Source: a bacterium
GTDB taxonomy: Bacteria > DUMJ01
DNA length: 17,696 nt
Assembly: GCA_049970495.1 (NCBI GenBank)
Contig: JBMFMV010000039.1
Coordinates: forward strand, 1 to 17,696
Reading direction: 5' to 3'
The notes beneath the pieces were generated by a model. The model searched no databases. It worked only from the letters and a program-made list of their open reading frames with translations, and was not told the DNA's origin. Below, in pieces: positions 1 through 9,239 of the stretch (positions are counted from its first letter, which is position 1; the number at the start of each line of letters is the position of its first letter). The position numbers and the translations under genes were made by a program.

Positions 1-1393
1 AAAAAACTCTCCTAAATTTACTTAACGTCTGAGAACTTAGACTAGTAGTAATATCAAGATTTATATCCTGATTTATGAATTCACAAATAAGGTTTATGTT
101 AGTGGAATCTATAAATACCTCCCCAACATACTCATTTTCTCTTATCAGCCTTATATTGCTAGTTCCCAACACTTTTAGCCATTCGAACAAATTTTCTCTG
201 GGGTTTTTCATAATTACTCTAAGACTATCAACCGATTCAATAAAATCTATTCTAACATCTCCTCTTTCTACACCCTCCCCTCCCCCTCTTTTTTTCCAAT
301 TTCCCTGAACTATATATTTTCTAATTTCTTCATCTTCTGTGATGCCCAAATTCCTGACATGTTCTCTTATTATTTTAAGATATTCACCAACTCTTTCTGC
401 ATATGCCTTATTTAGTACAAATTCTGACCAGGAAGAACCAAAAGGACAAATACTGCAACCTATTCTGCTTAAACCAAATCTATATCCTTTATTCACTGGG
501 ATATTTCTCCTATAGACATACAAAAAAACTTCAGTAATATTCCAGTTTCTAATAGCTTCCGCATTAATTTGTAAATAATGCTTTACTTCCTGGGCTATTC
601 TCTCATATCCGCTTCTTCTTGTACTTTCATCTGCTCTTACGCCATCAAAGACCAAGATCTTCAATTTCTCCTTTTCTGGGAATAAAGACTTTAATAATCT
701 TACCTGTGGAGAGGTCTTATATACTGAACAGCACCATCTTATTAATCTGCTTGGGGGTCCAAAAATCTTCCAAAGCTCATAAGAATGCTTCTCATTTCTT
801 GCAACATAGAATCTTAAATTGGGATATAAACTTTTATAATATTCTACTGTTTTATTATATGTCTCATAGGTAGGTGGTATCTCCATAGTAGTATCAGTAA
901 AAATCACTATATAATCCTCTGGGTGCAGTGTCCTAGAAACAAGGTCTAATACTACTTGAGAATCCTTTCCTCCACTAAAAGACACCACGAAGAGGTCAAC
1001 TTTATTCTTGTATTTTTTATAGGTATCATTTATGAAATCTATAGCTTCTCCTTCTATAACTTCAATTGCATCCTTATTATTCTCAACCAATATTCTGACA
1101 TCTATCGGCTCCAAATAAAGATTTTTCCCTCTGTCAGTAAGAATCACCTTTGGATCTTCAAAGATATTTCCTCCTTTAACCTCTGCTACCCACTCTCCTT
1201 TATAATAGTAACGTCTACCTATAGCCCATAGTAATGGTTCTTCAACATTAGGGTATGACCAGAATTTATTTAATCCCAAAAGGTCCAGTTCTTCGTAGAA
1301 GACAGGTCTTGGAGGAATAATCTCTTGAGCACTTGTTATATTATCAGACAGGAGCACACCATTTGCCTCTGGATCCCAGGTAACTTTATACAA
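1..1393 (-). CDS. PAPS reductase family protein, SspD/BrxP-like (candidate DNA phosphorothioation component); partial, runs off the left edge
   Basis: Manual translation from TTG at 1393 (GGAGG 5 nt upstream): MYKVTWDPEANGVLLSD...PRPVFYEELDLLGL...PLLWAIGRRYYYKGE...VVSFSGGKDSQVV (PP-loop, ~988-950)...RWCCSVYK (~739)...DGVRADES..R...GLSRIGCSICPF (~478-440). The frame stays open to position 1. Confidence 0.88.
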   Translation of the reverse strand, partial: MYKVTWDPEANGVLLSDNITSAQEIIPPRPVFYEELDLLGLNKFWSYPNVEEPLLWAIGRRYYYKGEWVAEVKGGNIFEDPKVILTDRGKNLYLEPIDVRILVENNKDAIEVIEGEAIDFINDTYKKYKNKVDLFVVSFSGGKDSQVVLDLVSRTLHPEDYIVIFTDTTMEIPPTYETYNKTVEYYKSLYPNLRFYVARNEKHSYELWKIFGPPSRLIRWCCSVYKTSPQVRLLKSLFPEKEKLKILVFDGVRADESTRRSGYERIAQEVKHYLQINAEAIRNWNITEVFLYVYRRNIPVNKGYRFGLSRIGCSICPFGSSWSEFVLNKAYAERVGEYLKIIREHVRNLGITEDEEIRKYIVQGNWKKRGGGEGVERGDVRIDFIESVDSLRVIMKNPRENLFEWLKVLGTSNIRLIRENEYVGEVFIDSTNINLICEFINQDINLDITTSLSSQTLSKFRRVF

Positions 1394-1426
1394 TTGTTCC
1401 TCCAAATTTTATAAATTATTACTAAA

Positions 1427-1435
1427 ATTATACCA
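1427..1435 (-). promoter_or_regulatory. Extended -10 promoter candidate for the PAPS-reductase-family gene
   Basis: Minus strand reads TGGTATAAT (TGnTATAAT) about 35 nt upstream of the start codon. No clear -35. Confidence 0.45.
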
Positions 1436-1475
1436 TAATAACGGTTCAAAAATACCTATTCACTTATATTTTTAT

Positions 1476-1500
1476 AGGGGCAGGCAGTTATCCTGCCCTT
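1476..1500. terminator. GC-rich hairpin just after the lipoprotein stop codon
   Basis: GGGCAGG (1478-1484) pairs with CCTGCCC (1492-1498), 7-nt loop. No good U-tract on the minus strand, so terminator function is uncertain. Confidence 0.4.
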
Positions 1501-1506
1501 ATTCTT

Positions 1507-2202
1507 CTACTTTAGAATTAGATAGGCAAACTCTATATCACCAGACTTTACCAGGTAGTCTCTCAATACATCAGAAAAGATTATGTTTACTTTATCTCTT
1601 CTTCCCAATTCGTATCTCGATCTAAATGGATATGGATATTTATCCAAATAAACACCCTGTACCTCTAGGATTACATCGCTCTTTAAGTCATTTACTAAAG
1701 TGATATCAAAGGATATGTTCTCTGCAGTTATAGATTGAGAAAATTCCTCAAAAATCCTGTCTTTGAAACTGTTAAAGACTGAGTTATTAAAACTTAAAAT
1801 TAATCTTATACCTTCATTATCCTCTACAAGTCTTATCAAAAACATAGCATATCCGACTATCTTCTCCTGTTTTTGATCTTTCACTATTGGAATATTCACC
1901 TGTGCTACATAGTAATTATTAAATCCATCCGCTTCATAAGAGACTTTACTAACCTTACCAAAGTAATCCTGTAACATTATTGTTATCCTGTCTTTATTCT
2001 CTATAAAAGAATCTTTAGAGATGATCTCCAATTTTACAGTTGAAGGAATAGCTATTGAGTTATTTGGCCCATCCTTTAAATCTAACAGATCACTTAAGTA
2101 GATCTCTGGCGAAAGAGAAAAGTTACAGCCTGATAAGAAAATAATAGACAATGCCAAAGTAATAATCAGCAAACATACTCTAAAAACTAAACTTCCCTTC
2201 AT
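1507..2202 (-). CDS. Hypothetical lipoprotein
   Basis: 231 aa ORF with GAGGAGG RBS, a basic N-terminus, a hydrophobic stretch and lipobox LSGC (Cys26). No recognised catalytic motif. Confidence 0.75.
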   Translation of the reverse strand: MKGSLVFRVCLLIITLALSIIFLSGCNFSLSPEIYLSDLLDLKDGPNNSIAIPSTVKLEIISKDSFIENKDRITIMLQDYFGKVSKVSYEADGFNNYYVAQVNIPIVKDQKQEKIVGYAMFLIRLVEDNEGIRLILSFNNSVFNSFKDRIFEEFSQSITAENISFDITLVNDLKSDVILEVQGVYLDKYPYPFRSRYELGRRDKVNIIFSDVLRDYLVKSGDIEFAYLILK

Positions 2203-2529
2203 TTTAACTCCTCCTCTATAAATTTCTATAGAAGAATTTTAAAAGTCTTTGGGGTCAGATAATGTCCCTAGAAATTATGGCAGGAGCTTCTCTAGACCTT
2301 CTAGTAGTAGATAGACTATTACCTAGGAAGTAGATGAGTTTATAAAGACTTAATCGAGAAGCATAAAATTAGAAATAACCTTTTCTCAAAGATGGGGACC
2401 CTTTAAAGAGGCATTACTACTATGGGGTAATGACAGATCAGAAGTTAGTGGACGAGATTAAAAGCAATAGTAAGAGAACACGACACCTTAGTCTATAGAC
2501 TAATTAAGTGAACCTGCAATATAAATCAA

Positions 2530-2575
2530 ACCCCTCTTAGAATATCAATAATATTAAAGGAAATCTAAGAGGGGT
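2530..2575 (-). terminator. Probable intrinsic terminator after the ADP-ribosylglycohydrolase gene
   Basis: 12-bp perfect inverted repeat ACCCCTCTTAGA (2530-2541) / TCTAAGAGGGGT (2564-2575) with a 22-nt loop, 20 nt after the stop, followed by a T-rich tract on the minus strand. Confidence 0.55.
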
Positions 2576-2595
2576 AAAATAAATTTATTAGCAAA

Positions 2596-3663
2596 TTACT
2601 TTAAACTCTTCAAGTAATCTTCCAATTTCTTTTTCTCGTTCATTAGGGCATTGTAGATTATCTCTGCGCTTTCTCTTATTGTAAGTTTTGATACCGTATA
2701 GTTATTCTCTTTTGTCGCCCTATCTACCTGTTCTATCCATTCAGTAGGAATACCTGAAACTCCTGAAAATGCTCCAGCTATACCTGCTCCGATAGCAGTA
2801 CAACAGTCCGTATCCCTACCAAAATTTACTCCTCCTATAATTGCATCCTTCAAATTCCCTTTTGTTACATAGAATATAGCCAATCCTTTAGGGACAACTT
2901 CTTCCCCCCAGCTGAAACTATATCTTATCCCCTTCCCAGAGTATATGGGATCAAACTTTTCTCTAAGTTCAAATGCATCTTGACTTTCCTTTGCTAATTC
3001 AATTGCCCTTTCTATCCTATGCCTTCCATCACTAGGGGCATATTTTAATGCAGTATCTATAACACCATCTACAGTAGCATCTGACCTCATTGCATAAGCT
3101 ATACTACATGCTACCACCGCTGCCCAGTCTAATCCTCCGCCATGGAGTGGCTGATAGAGCCTACCCACATCCCAAACATCTTTATAAGCCTCTTCAGGAT
3201 TGCAAGCATTTATTAGTCCTATAGGATGACATGACCTTGCAAAAGAAATTATGCCTAAAAAATCAGTGTATAGTCCTGCATATGCTGGATGTATTCCACT
3301 TGCAACTACCCTATAAAGGACCTCATCACAGGGCTCCATCTGGACCCCAAAGTTATCTGGATTTATATATTTTAGCCAAGTTTTACCCAAATCCATTGCA
3401 GTTATCCTGCCATTTTTCTCTGCAATACTAAGGACTAATAACTTTATCCTTTCCACCCCATCTTCAGTTGTCCCTGGAGGTCTCAATCTACCACTACCAG
3501 GCTTGTTTATATGTTTATAGTGGGAGTAAGGTAATAGTTCCTGTAAAACACCATACTTGGCTTTTATATCCTGCCAACTCCAACCCTCAACGGCTGCACC
3601 CATTGCAGAACCAACAAATGCACCAGCTAGACATCCATAGATCCTATCAAATAGTCTATCCAT
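2596..3663 (-). CDS. ADP-ribosylglycohydrolase (DraG/ARH) family protein
   Basis: 355 aa. N-terminal RIYGCLAGAFVGSAMGAAVEG, metal motif variant GTTEDG and C-terminal GRDTDCCTAIGAGIAGAFSG..IP.EW are typical of the family. Confidence 0.85.
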   Translation of the reverse strand: MDRLFDRIYGCLAGAFVGSAMGAAVEGWSWQDIKAKYGVLQELLPYSHYKHINKPGSGRLRPPGTTEDGVERIKLLVLSIAEKNGRITAMDLGKTWLKYINPDNFGVQMEPCDEVLYRVVASGIHPAYAGLYTDFLGIISFARSCHPIGLINACNPEEAYKDVWDVGRLYQPLHGGGLDWAAVVACSIAYAMRSDATVDGVIDTALKYAPSDGRHRIERAIELAKESQDAFELREKFDPIYSGKGIRYSFSWGEEVVPKGLAIFYVTKGNLKDAIIGGVNFGRDTDCCTAIGAGIAGAFSGVSGIPTEWIEQVDRATKENNYTVSKLTIRESAEIIYNALMNEKKKLEDYLKSLK

Positions 3664-3693
3664 TAGTAGCTCCTCCTTTCTATCACTAGAAAA

Positions 3694-3723
3694 TCTAGGA
3701 GGCCAAAAAGTAGGCCTCCTAGA
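3694..3723 (-). terminator. Intra-operon terminator-like or mRNA-stabilising hairpin after the solute-binding protein gene
   Basis: 11-bp perfect stem TCTAGGAGGCC (3694-3704) / GGCCTCCTAGA (3713-3723), 8-nt loop, followed by TTTT on the minus strand. Confidence 0.65.
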
Positions 3724-3737
3724 ACTAGTTAATTCTA

Positions 3738-5735
3738 TTATTTAAAGAACCACTGTTCTGCCCTATATGTATTCCAGAGCCAATTATCAGGCCCAAACCA
3801 GTATTCTTCGTCCTTACCTTTCTCCCAGAATACGTTCTCTAGGTTCTCTCTTATAAGAAGAGGCCAGGGAGCAAGTCCTACAGTACCAATTATATAGACC
3901 TGGTCTGCATAAATATCAAAGATTTTCTGCGCCCAGTACTTATAACCTGAAGTCCCAGGTGGATACTTTCTCCACTGCCAGTAAGCATTCCAAATGTCTT
4001 TAAAGATCTGAGGAGGTTCTTCTCCTGACTTCCCATCTGTTCTAAGCCACAAACCCCAGTTCCATGCATATATAGTAGCAGAATCCCCAGGTGGATAGAG
4101 TTTATTACCACCAGAATATGTATATACGCAACGCTCCATAGTTCTATCTATGTGCCAACAACTTATGTCGTGTTGACTTGATTGGACACGTGTAAGTTGG
4201 AAAGCCCTTTCTCTTGGCTGAATCTCTACTTTTATCCCTATCTTTTCCCAATACATCTTAACTAATTCGCTCACATCACCCTTAGGACCCTCATAAGGCA
4301 TATAGTCAACCAAAATTTCTAATCTCTTACCATCTGGCCTTAACCTATACCCATCTGGTCCACGTTTCAGACCCATCTCATCTAGAAGTTTATTCGCAGT
4401 ATCTGGATCGTATTGTGCATAAGCCTTTCCCCAAGACTCCTTATAAAAACTTGCATTGGGATTTACAGTAGCTTGTCTAGGAATAGCTAAACCAAGAAAG
4501 TGTAGCTTGTTTATCTCGTCTCTATTAATTGCTAGAGATAATGCTCTTCTAAATCTTACATCTTGGAATATTTTTCTCTTTACTGGGTCTGGATTGTTCA
4601 AGTTTATAGCATAAGTTACGTCATTACCTTTTGTACTTCTTGCTAAGACTACCTTATACTTTCCCTTTGATTCATTATCTTTTAACAGCGGATAGTTAAT
4701 GGGTAAAAGGTCATGTCCAGCTATGTCAAGTTCTCCAGAAACCGCCTTAAGGTTAGCTACCTCTATGTTAGAATGGAATTCTACTATAGCCCTATCTATA
4801 TAAGGCAATTGATTCCCTTCTGTATCTACCTTCCAATAGTAAGGATTACGCTCGAATATCCTACGTTGGCTATCGTGACTCTTTAACACCCATCCCTGAA
4901 GTGTAGGAGCATTTGGATCCTGCCATCCCCAACCCGAAGTAGGCTGATGAAAGGCAAAACACTTATACCAAGTATCAAATTTCTCTTGCTTTGCTAACGT
5001 ATTGGCATCAGGGTTATACTTTATGTGATATTTCTTTAGATAATGCTTTGGAGCCCAGCAAATATAAGGGGCTGCCGAATAGTGAATTAGAGGGAATGAT
5101 GGATAGGGAACAGCAAATTCAAACTGTATAGTATAGTTGTTTATCTTTTTAACATTCATCAGTCTACCACCAGGTCTAAAAATTTCAGGCTTTATAGGAG
5201 TAAGCTCATCGTTTAAGATAATATCTTCCCACCAGAAAAGGATATCATCAGCAGTAAACGGTTCCCCATCTGACCATTTTATCCCCTTTCTTAAGTATAT
5301 AGTGCACTTTGTAAATTTATCTGAAAATATGTATCCCTTTGCAACATTTGGTAGGATTTCCTTTAGATCATTTGAAAATCTAAAAAGCCCATCTACCATC
5401 GCATCTTCCACATCATTCCAAGTCTGAGGATTTAGTGAAGACCCTCTTAATGTTCCTCCATACTTACCTATCTCTTTAGTTGGCACAACTACTAGTGGTT
5501 CTTCAGGGAGTCTCTTTTCTACTGGAGGTAATTTCCCCTGCTTTACTAATTCGGCCAACATTGGAGCTTCCTTAAACTTAGTAATTCTTCTACCAGTCGC
5601 CTTAAAATATTCCATTGGAGTATTATACTGTAAGACTCTTTTCTCAGCTTTTTGGGCATAAGAAGACGGAATAATTGTTATAAATAGACTTAAGACTAAA
5701 ACTATTGCACACAAAGTCCGAGACACACTTTTCAT
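3738..5735 (-). CDS. ABC transporter solute-binding protein, family 5 (OppA/DppA fold, likely carbohydrate-binding subgroup)
   Basis: 665 aa. Sec signal peptide ending SYA; EAPMLAELVKQGKLPPVEKRLPEEPLVV, GKYGGTL, LRKGIKWSDGEPFTADD, ERNPYYWKVDTEGNQLPYID and FRRALSLAINR motifs. Confidence 0.9.
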   Translation of the reverse strand: MKSVSRTLCAIVLVLSLFITIIPSSYAQKAEKRVLQYNTPMEYFKATGRRITKFKEAPMLAELVKQGKLPPVEKRLPEEPLVVVPTKEIGKYGGTLRGSSLNPQTWNDVEDAMVDGLFRFSNDLKEILPNVAKGYIFSDKFTKCTIYLRKGIKWSDGEPFTADDILFWWEDIILNDELTPIKPEIFRPGGRLMNVKKINNYTIQFEFAVPYPSFPLIHYSAAPYICWAPKHYLKKYHIKYNPDANTLAKQEKFDTWYKCFAFHQPTSGWGWQDPNAPTLQGWVLKSHDSQRRIFERNPYYWKVDTEGNQLPYIDRAIVEFHSNIEVANLKAVSGELDIAGHDLLPINYPLLKDNESKGKYKVVLARSTKGNDVTYAINLNNPDPVKRKIFQDVRFRRALSLAINRDEINKLHFLGLAIPRQATVNPNASFYKESWGKAYAQYDPDTANKLLDEMGLKRGPDGYRLRPDGKRLEILVDYMPYEGPKGDVSELVKMYWEKIGIKVEIQPRERAFQLTRVQSSQHDISCWHIDRTMERCVYTYSGGNKLYPPGDSATIYAWNWGLWLRTDGKSGEEPPQIFKDIWNAYWQWRKYPPGTSGYKYWAQKIFDIYADQVYIIGTVGLAPWPLLIRENLENVFWEKGKDEEYWFGPDNWLWNTYRAEQWFFK

Positions 5736-5750
5736 ACTCTTAGCCTCCTT

Positions 5751-5841
5751 TTGTATTCTATATATTTATTTTTTAGTATACTACATTATATACTATTAGA
5801 ATACTATAGGTCAACTAGAAAGTAAAAATTTGTGTTATAAT
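5751..5841. promoter_or_regulatory. Divergent promoters with four GntR-type operator-like boxes
   Basis: Minus-strand TTGACC (5814-5809)-N18-TATAAT (5790-5785) toward the SBP gene; plus-strand extended -10 TGTTATAAT (5833-5841) toward gntR. Boxes: TTGTATTCTA 5751-5760, TAGTATACTA 5774-5783 (perfect palindrome), TTATATACTA 5786-5795, TAGAATACTA 5797-5806. Confidence 0.65.
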
Positions 5842-5856
5842 TACTTATAAGGAGGC

Positions 5857-6531
5857 TTGATGACGAATACAAAAGCTGTTTATGATGATATAAAGGAACT
5901 TATATTAAATATGAGTTTAAAGCCTGGAGAATTTGTTTCTGAAGCTATACTAGCCAAAAAACTTAATGTAAGCAGAACTCCTATAAGAGAAGCCCTTAAA
6001 CGTTTAGAACAAGAAGGATTAATTATAGCTGATGGCAGGAGAAAACGTGTCTTTATCTTAACCTTAAGGGATTTAGAAGAGATCTTTGACCTAAAAAAGA
6101 TTATCGAACCTGAGATTACAAAATTAGCAATAGCAAGGGGTAAGGAGGAAGATTTTCAAAGATTGGCAAAGACGATAGAAGAGCTAGAAGCTCTGGCAAA
6201 GGAAAGACCAAAAGATGAAATAGGAAAAGAACAATGGTTTAGGTCTTGGTTTAAAAAAGACAAAGAATTTCATGATATTATATTTGAGATGGCAAAAAAC
6301 AGAAGAGCCAAACAGATTGTAGAAAATCTCAATTCTCAGTGGCACAGACTTAGAATAGGAATCGATGCTATAGAGGGGAGAATCGAAAAGTCTCTAGAAG
6401 AACATAAGGCTATAGCTCTGGGAATTCTTAATAGAAATCCAGAAGAGGCAGAGATAGCCATGATTGAGCATTTGAAGAACCTCTATAATAGCGTAGCTGT
6501 ACTTATGAAGCTCTTTCATTTTCCTGAGTGA
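5857..6531 (+). CDS. GntR family transcriptional regulator (FadR subfamily, FCD domain)
   Basis: 224 aa. wHTH LKPGEFVSEAILAKKLNVSRTPIREALKRLEQEGL; FCD motifs DKEFH, SLEEHKAI and MIEHL; AAGGAGG RBS. The start is either TTG 5857 or ATG 5860. Confidence 0.93.
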   Translation: MMTNTKAVYDDIKELILNMSLKPGEFVSEAILAKKLNVSRTPIREALKRLEQEGLIIADGRRKRVFILTLRDLEEIFDLKKIIEPEITKLAIARGKEEDFQRLAKTIEELEALAKERPKDEIGKEQWFRSWFKKDKEFHDIIFEMAKNRRAKQIVENLNSQWHRLRIGIDAIEGRIEKSLEEHKAIALGILNRNPEEAEIAMIEHLKNLYNSVAVLMKLFHFPE

Positions 6532-6602
6532 ATAGAGGAAGTTAATTTAAATTTTATAATAGGCTTAGAATCAGTTTTCTATCCCCCATCCTGTTAGATG
6601 TC

Positions 6603-6631
6603 TTTACTAATCTATTATCAAATTGTATAAT
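6603..6631 (+). promoter_or_regulatory. Sigma70-type promoter candidate for copA
   Basis: TTTACT (6603-6608)-N17-TATAAT (6626-6631), about 60 nt upstream of the ATG. Confidence 0.45.
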
Positions 6632-6689
6632 CTTAATAGAAATTGTTATATTTAGAGATAAAAAAATGAGAGTTAATTAGGAGGCTAAA

Positions 6690-9239
6690 ATGAAGCGTGT
6701 AATACTGAAGATAGATGGAATGCATTGTCCAAGTTGTGCCAAGCTTATTCAGGTAGAACTACAAGGTCTATCGGGAGTAAAGAGGTGTGAAGTGAACTAT
6801 TCAGAGAAAAAAGGGATAGTTGTCTTTGATCCCTCTAGTGTATCATATGAAAATATAGTCAAAGCTATAGAAAACTTAGGATACAAGGCTACTCTAGAAG
6901 AAGCAGAAGATAGTACTAGCGATGAAGAAGAGTCTTCAGTAAAGACTCGTGATGCCCCTAATTCTTTGCATGTCTTTCTTGATATCTCTGGAATGCACTG
7001 TACCTCGTGTGCACTCCTAATAGAGCGTGAACTTAAAAGAGTTCAAGGGGTAAAGGAAGCAAATGTAAACTTTGCTAGTGAAAGAGCACAGGTTATCTTT
7101 GATCCTCATAAGACTAACTTGGAAAAACTCATCGAAGTTATTCGCAAAACTGGATATAACGCCTCCCCTTCTCAGAGAGAAGAGGCTAAACCCACAGATA
7201 AGTACAAAGACCTTTATAAAACACGAAGGCAATTTTTTATAAGTCTTGTTTTGAGTCTTCCTCTTTTATACTTTATGCTCCTTGACTTCTATCCCAATTT
7301 TCCAGGAGGAAGAATCATTCATCCATACAAGGGAGTTCTCTCCCTTATCCTTGCAACTCCTATTCAATTTATCCTAGGATCAAGATTTTATAAGGGATTT
7401 TTAATAAACCTTAGACTCCGTATCTTCGGAATGGATAGCTTAGTTGCTATTGGAACATCGGTAGCCTATTTTTATAGCCTTATAGTGTATCTAAATTATG
7501 TTCTATCGACTGGTTCTTTTATTTATATACACGTGAAAGAGATACCACATATCTACTTTGAGACATCTGCGTTTCTTATTACATTTATTCTTCTTGGAAA
7601 ATGGCTTGAGGGAGAAGCAAAGAAAAGGACCTCTCAAGCGATAGAAAAACTTCTTAATCTTCAAGCAAAGACTGCTAGAGTAAAGAGGGGAGAGCATTTT
7701 ATCGATGTATCTGTAGATGAGATTGTAGTAGGGGATATTATTCTTGTTCGTCCTGGAGAAGTTATCCCTGTTGATGGAGAGATTATTAGTGGGTACTCTT
7801 CGGTAGACGAATCACTTCTAACAGGAGAAAGTTTTCCTGTTGAAAAAGGACCTGGTGATACCGTTATTGGAGGAACGATAAATAGAACAGGGAGCTTTGA
7901 ATTTATAGCTAGACGAGTAGGAGAAGATACAACCCTTTCCCATATTATCCACTTGGTAGAATCGGCTCAAGGCTCTAGAGCGCATGTCCAAGACTTCGCT
8001 GACCGAGTTGCTAATGTATTCGTTCCTATAGTCCTTTTAATAGCAGTAATCACCTTTATAATATGGTATTTTATCTTAGGAGAATCACTCTCTTTTGCTC
8101 TTATGACAATGTCATCTGTTATTGTTATTGCCTGTCCATGTGCCCTTGGGCTTGCGACTCCTACTGCCCTTATAGTAGGAATTGGAAGAGGGGCGGAACT
8201 TGGAATTCTTATAAAGGGAGGAGAAGTACTAGAAAGGGCTGAAAAGATTGATACAATAATCTTTGATAAGACTGGCACACTCACTACTGGTAAACCAGAA
8301 GTTACTAGTATAATAGCTCTTAATGGAACAGAAAAAGAAATACTCTCTATCTCGGCCTCCCTTGAGAGTCTCTCAGAGCATCCTCTTGCTTCTGCCATTA
8401 TGGAACGAATCCAGAAGGAGAAAGGAAGCCTTTTGGAGGTTAGAGAGTTTAAAGCCTATCCTGGGAAAGGGATTCAAGGTGTAATTAATGGAAAATTATA
8501 CTTTCTTGGGAATCCTGGCTTTATTAGTGAGGTTATCCAAAACAACTCTGAATCTTATAAGGAAGACATAAAACATCTTGAAGATAATGGAAAAACAGTT
8601 GTTGCTTTATCCGATTCTGAGAAGATATTAGGGATTCTTGCCATCTCTGATACTTTAAAGGATACCTCTAAAAAAGCTATTGATAAACTTACTAATATGG
8701 GATTTGATGTATATATCCTTACTGGAGACACAAAACGTGTAGCTCTTGCAATTGCCAGGAATTTAGGAATTAGTGAAGACCATATATTTGCTGGAGTCCT
8801 TCCAGAAGGTAAAGCCGAGATAGTAAAGAAATTTCAGGCTCAGGGAAGAAAAGTTGCCTTTGTTGGAGATGGAATTAATGATGCTCCGGCTCTTGCTCAG
8901 GCAGACTTAGGAATTGCTATAGGACAAGGGTCCGATGTAGCATTAGAAGCCGGAGATGTTGTCCTAGTGAAAAACGACCCACTAGATGTCTTTACAGTCT
9001 TCGAACTTTCAAAGGCTACCCTAAATAAGATAAGACAAAATCTTTTCTTTGCCCTTATATATAACCTTATTGGTATTCCTATAGCAGCTCGAGTATTTGC
9101 CGATTTTGGTATCTCATTTAGGCCTGAATTTGCAGGACTTGCTATGGCATTAAGCTCAGTCTCAGTAGTTTCTAACGCTATCCTATTAAAAAGATTTAAG
9201 CCGTCTAACAATATAAATGTAGATTTTCGGAAACTCTAA
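6690..9239 (+). CDS. copA: Copper(I)-translocating P1B-1 type ATPase
   Basis: 849 aa. Two HMA domains (GMHCPSC, GMHCTSC), [25 protein letters not shown], and transmembrane YN and MALSS Cu(I) ligands. Confidence 0.93.
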   Translation: MKRVILKIDGMHCPSCAKLIQVELQGLSGVKRCEVNYSEKKGIVVFDPSSVSYENIVKAIENLGYKATLEEAEDSTSDEEESSVKTRDAPNSLHVFLDISGMHCTSCALLIERELKRVQGVKEANVNFASERAQVIFDPHKTNLEKLIEVIRKTGYNASPSQREEAKPTDKYKDLYKTRRQFFISLVLSLPLLYFMLLDFYPNFPGGRIIHPYKGVLSLILATPIQFILGSRFYKGFLINLRLRIFGMDSLVAIGTSVAYFYSLIVYLNYVLSTGSFIYIHVKEIPHIYFETSAFLITFILLGKWLEGEAKKRTSQAIEKLLNLQAKTARVKRGEHFIDVSVDEIVVGDIILVRPGEVIPVDGEIISGYSSVDESLLTGESFPVEKGPGDTVIGGTINRTGSFEFIARRVGEDTTLSHIIHLVESAQGSRAHVQDFADRVANVFVPIVLLIAVITFIIWYFILGESLSFALMTMSSVIVIACPCALGLATPTALIVGIGRGAELGILIKGGEVLERAEKIDTIIFDKTGTLTTGKPEVTSIIALNGTEKEILSISASLESLSEHPLASAIMERIQKEKGSLLEVREFKAYPGKGIQGVINGKLYFLGNPGFISEVIQNNSESYKEDIKHLEDNGKTVVALSDSEKILGILAISDTLKDTSKKAIDKLTNMGFDVYILTGDTKRVALAIARNLGISEDHIFAGVLPEGKAEIVKKFQAQGRKVAFVGDGINDAPALAQADLGIAIGQGSDVALEAGDVVLVKNDPLDVFTVFELSKATLNKIRQNLFFALIYNLIGIPIAARVFADFGISFRPEFAGLAMALSSVSVVSNAILLKRFKPSNNINVDFRKL

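Noticed and set aside
75..1231. Plus-strand ORFs 75..308, 619..873 and 956..1231
   Set aside because: They are antisense shadows of the long motif-bearing minus-strand PAPS-reductase-family frame and have no recognisable motifs.
2512..2523. ACCTGCAATATA loosely resembles the reverse complement of the IS1634-like end at 9792-9807, suggesting a composite element
   Set aside because: The match is short and gapped, its orientation does not enclose the intervening DNA, and no transposase remnant is adjacent.
2203..2529. Roughly 330-bp intergenic stretch with short plus-strand frames (e.g. MAGASLDLLVVDRLLPRK* from 2277), a possible decayed gene or sRNA
   Set aside because: All frames I read are short, with no recognisable motif or clear structure. 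A BLASTX or Rfam search would be needed.
6575..6605. C-rich tract upstream of copA as a possible CsoR operator
   Set aside because: It lacks the matching G-tract and palindromic arms, and no csoR, cueR or copY gene is in the window.
3231..9211. Small ORFs overlapping the ARH, SBP and copA genes (3231..3431, 3468..3689, 3890..4111, 5137..5427, 7017..7232, 7503..7697, 7967..8398, 8897..9211)
   Set aside because: They lie within or overlap well-supported genes in antisense or alternative frames and have no independent motifs.
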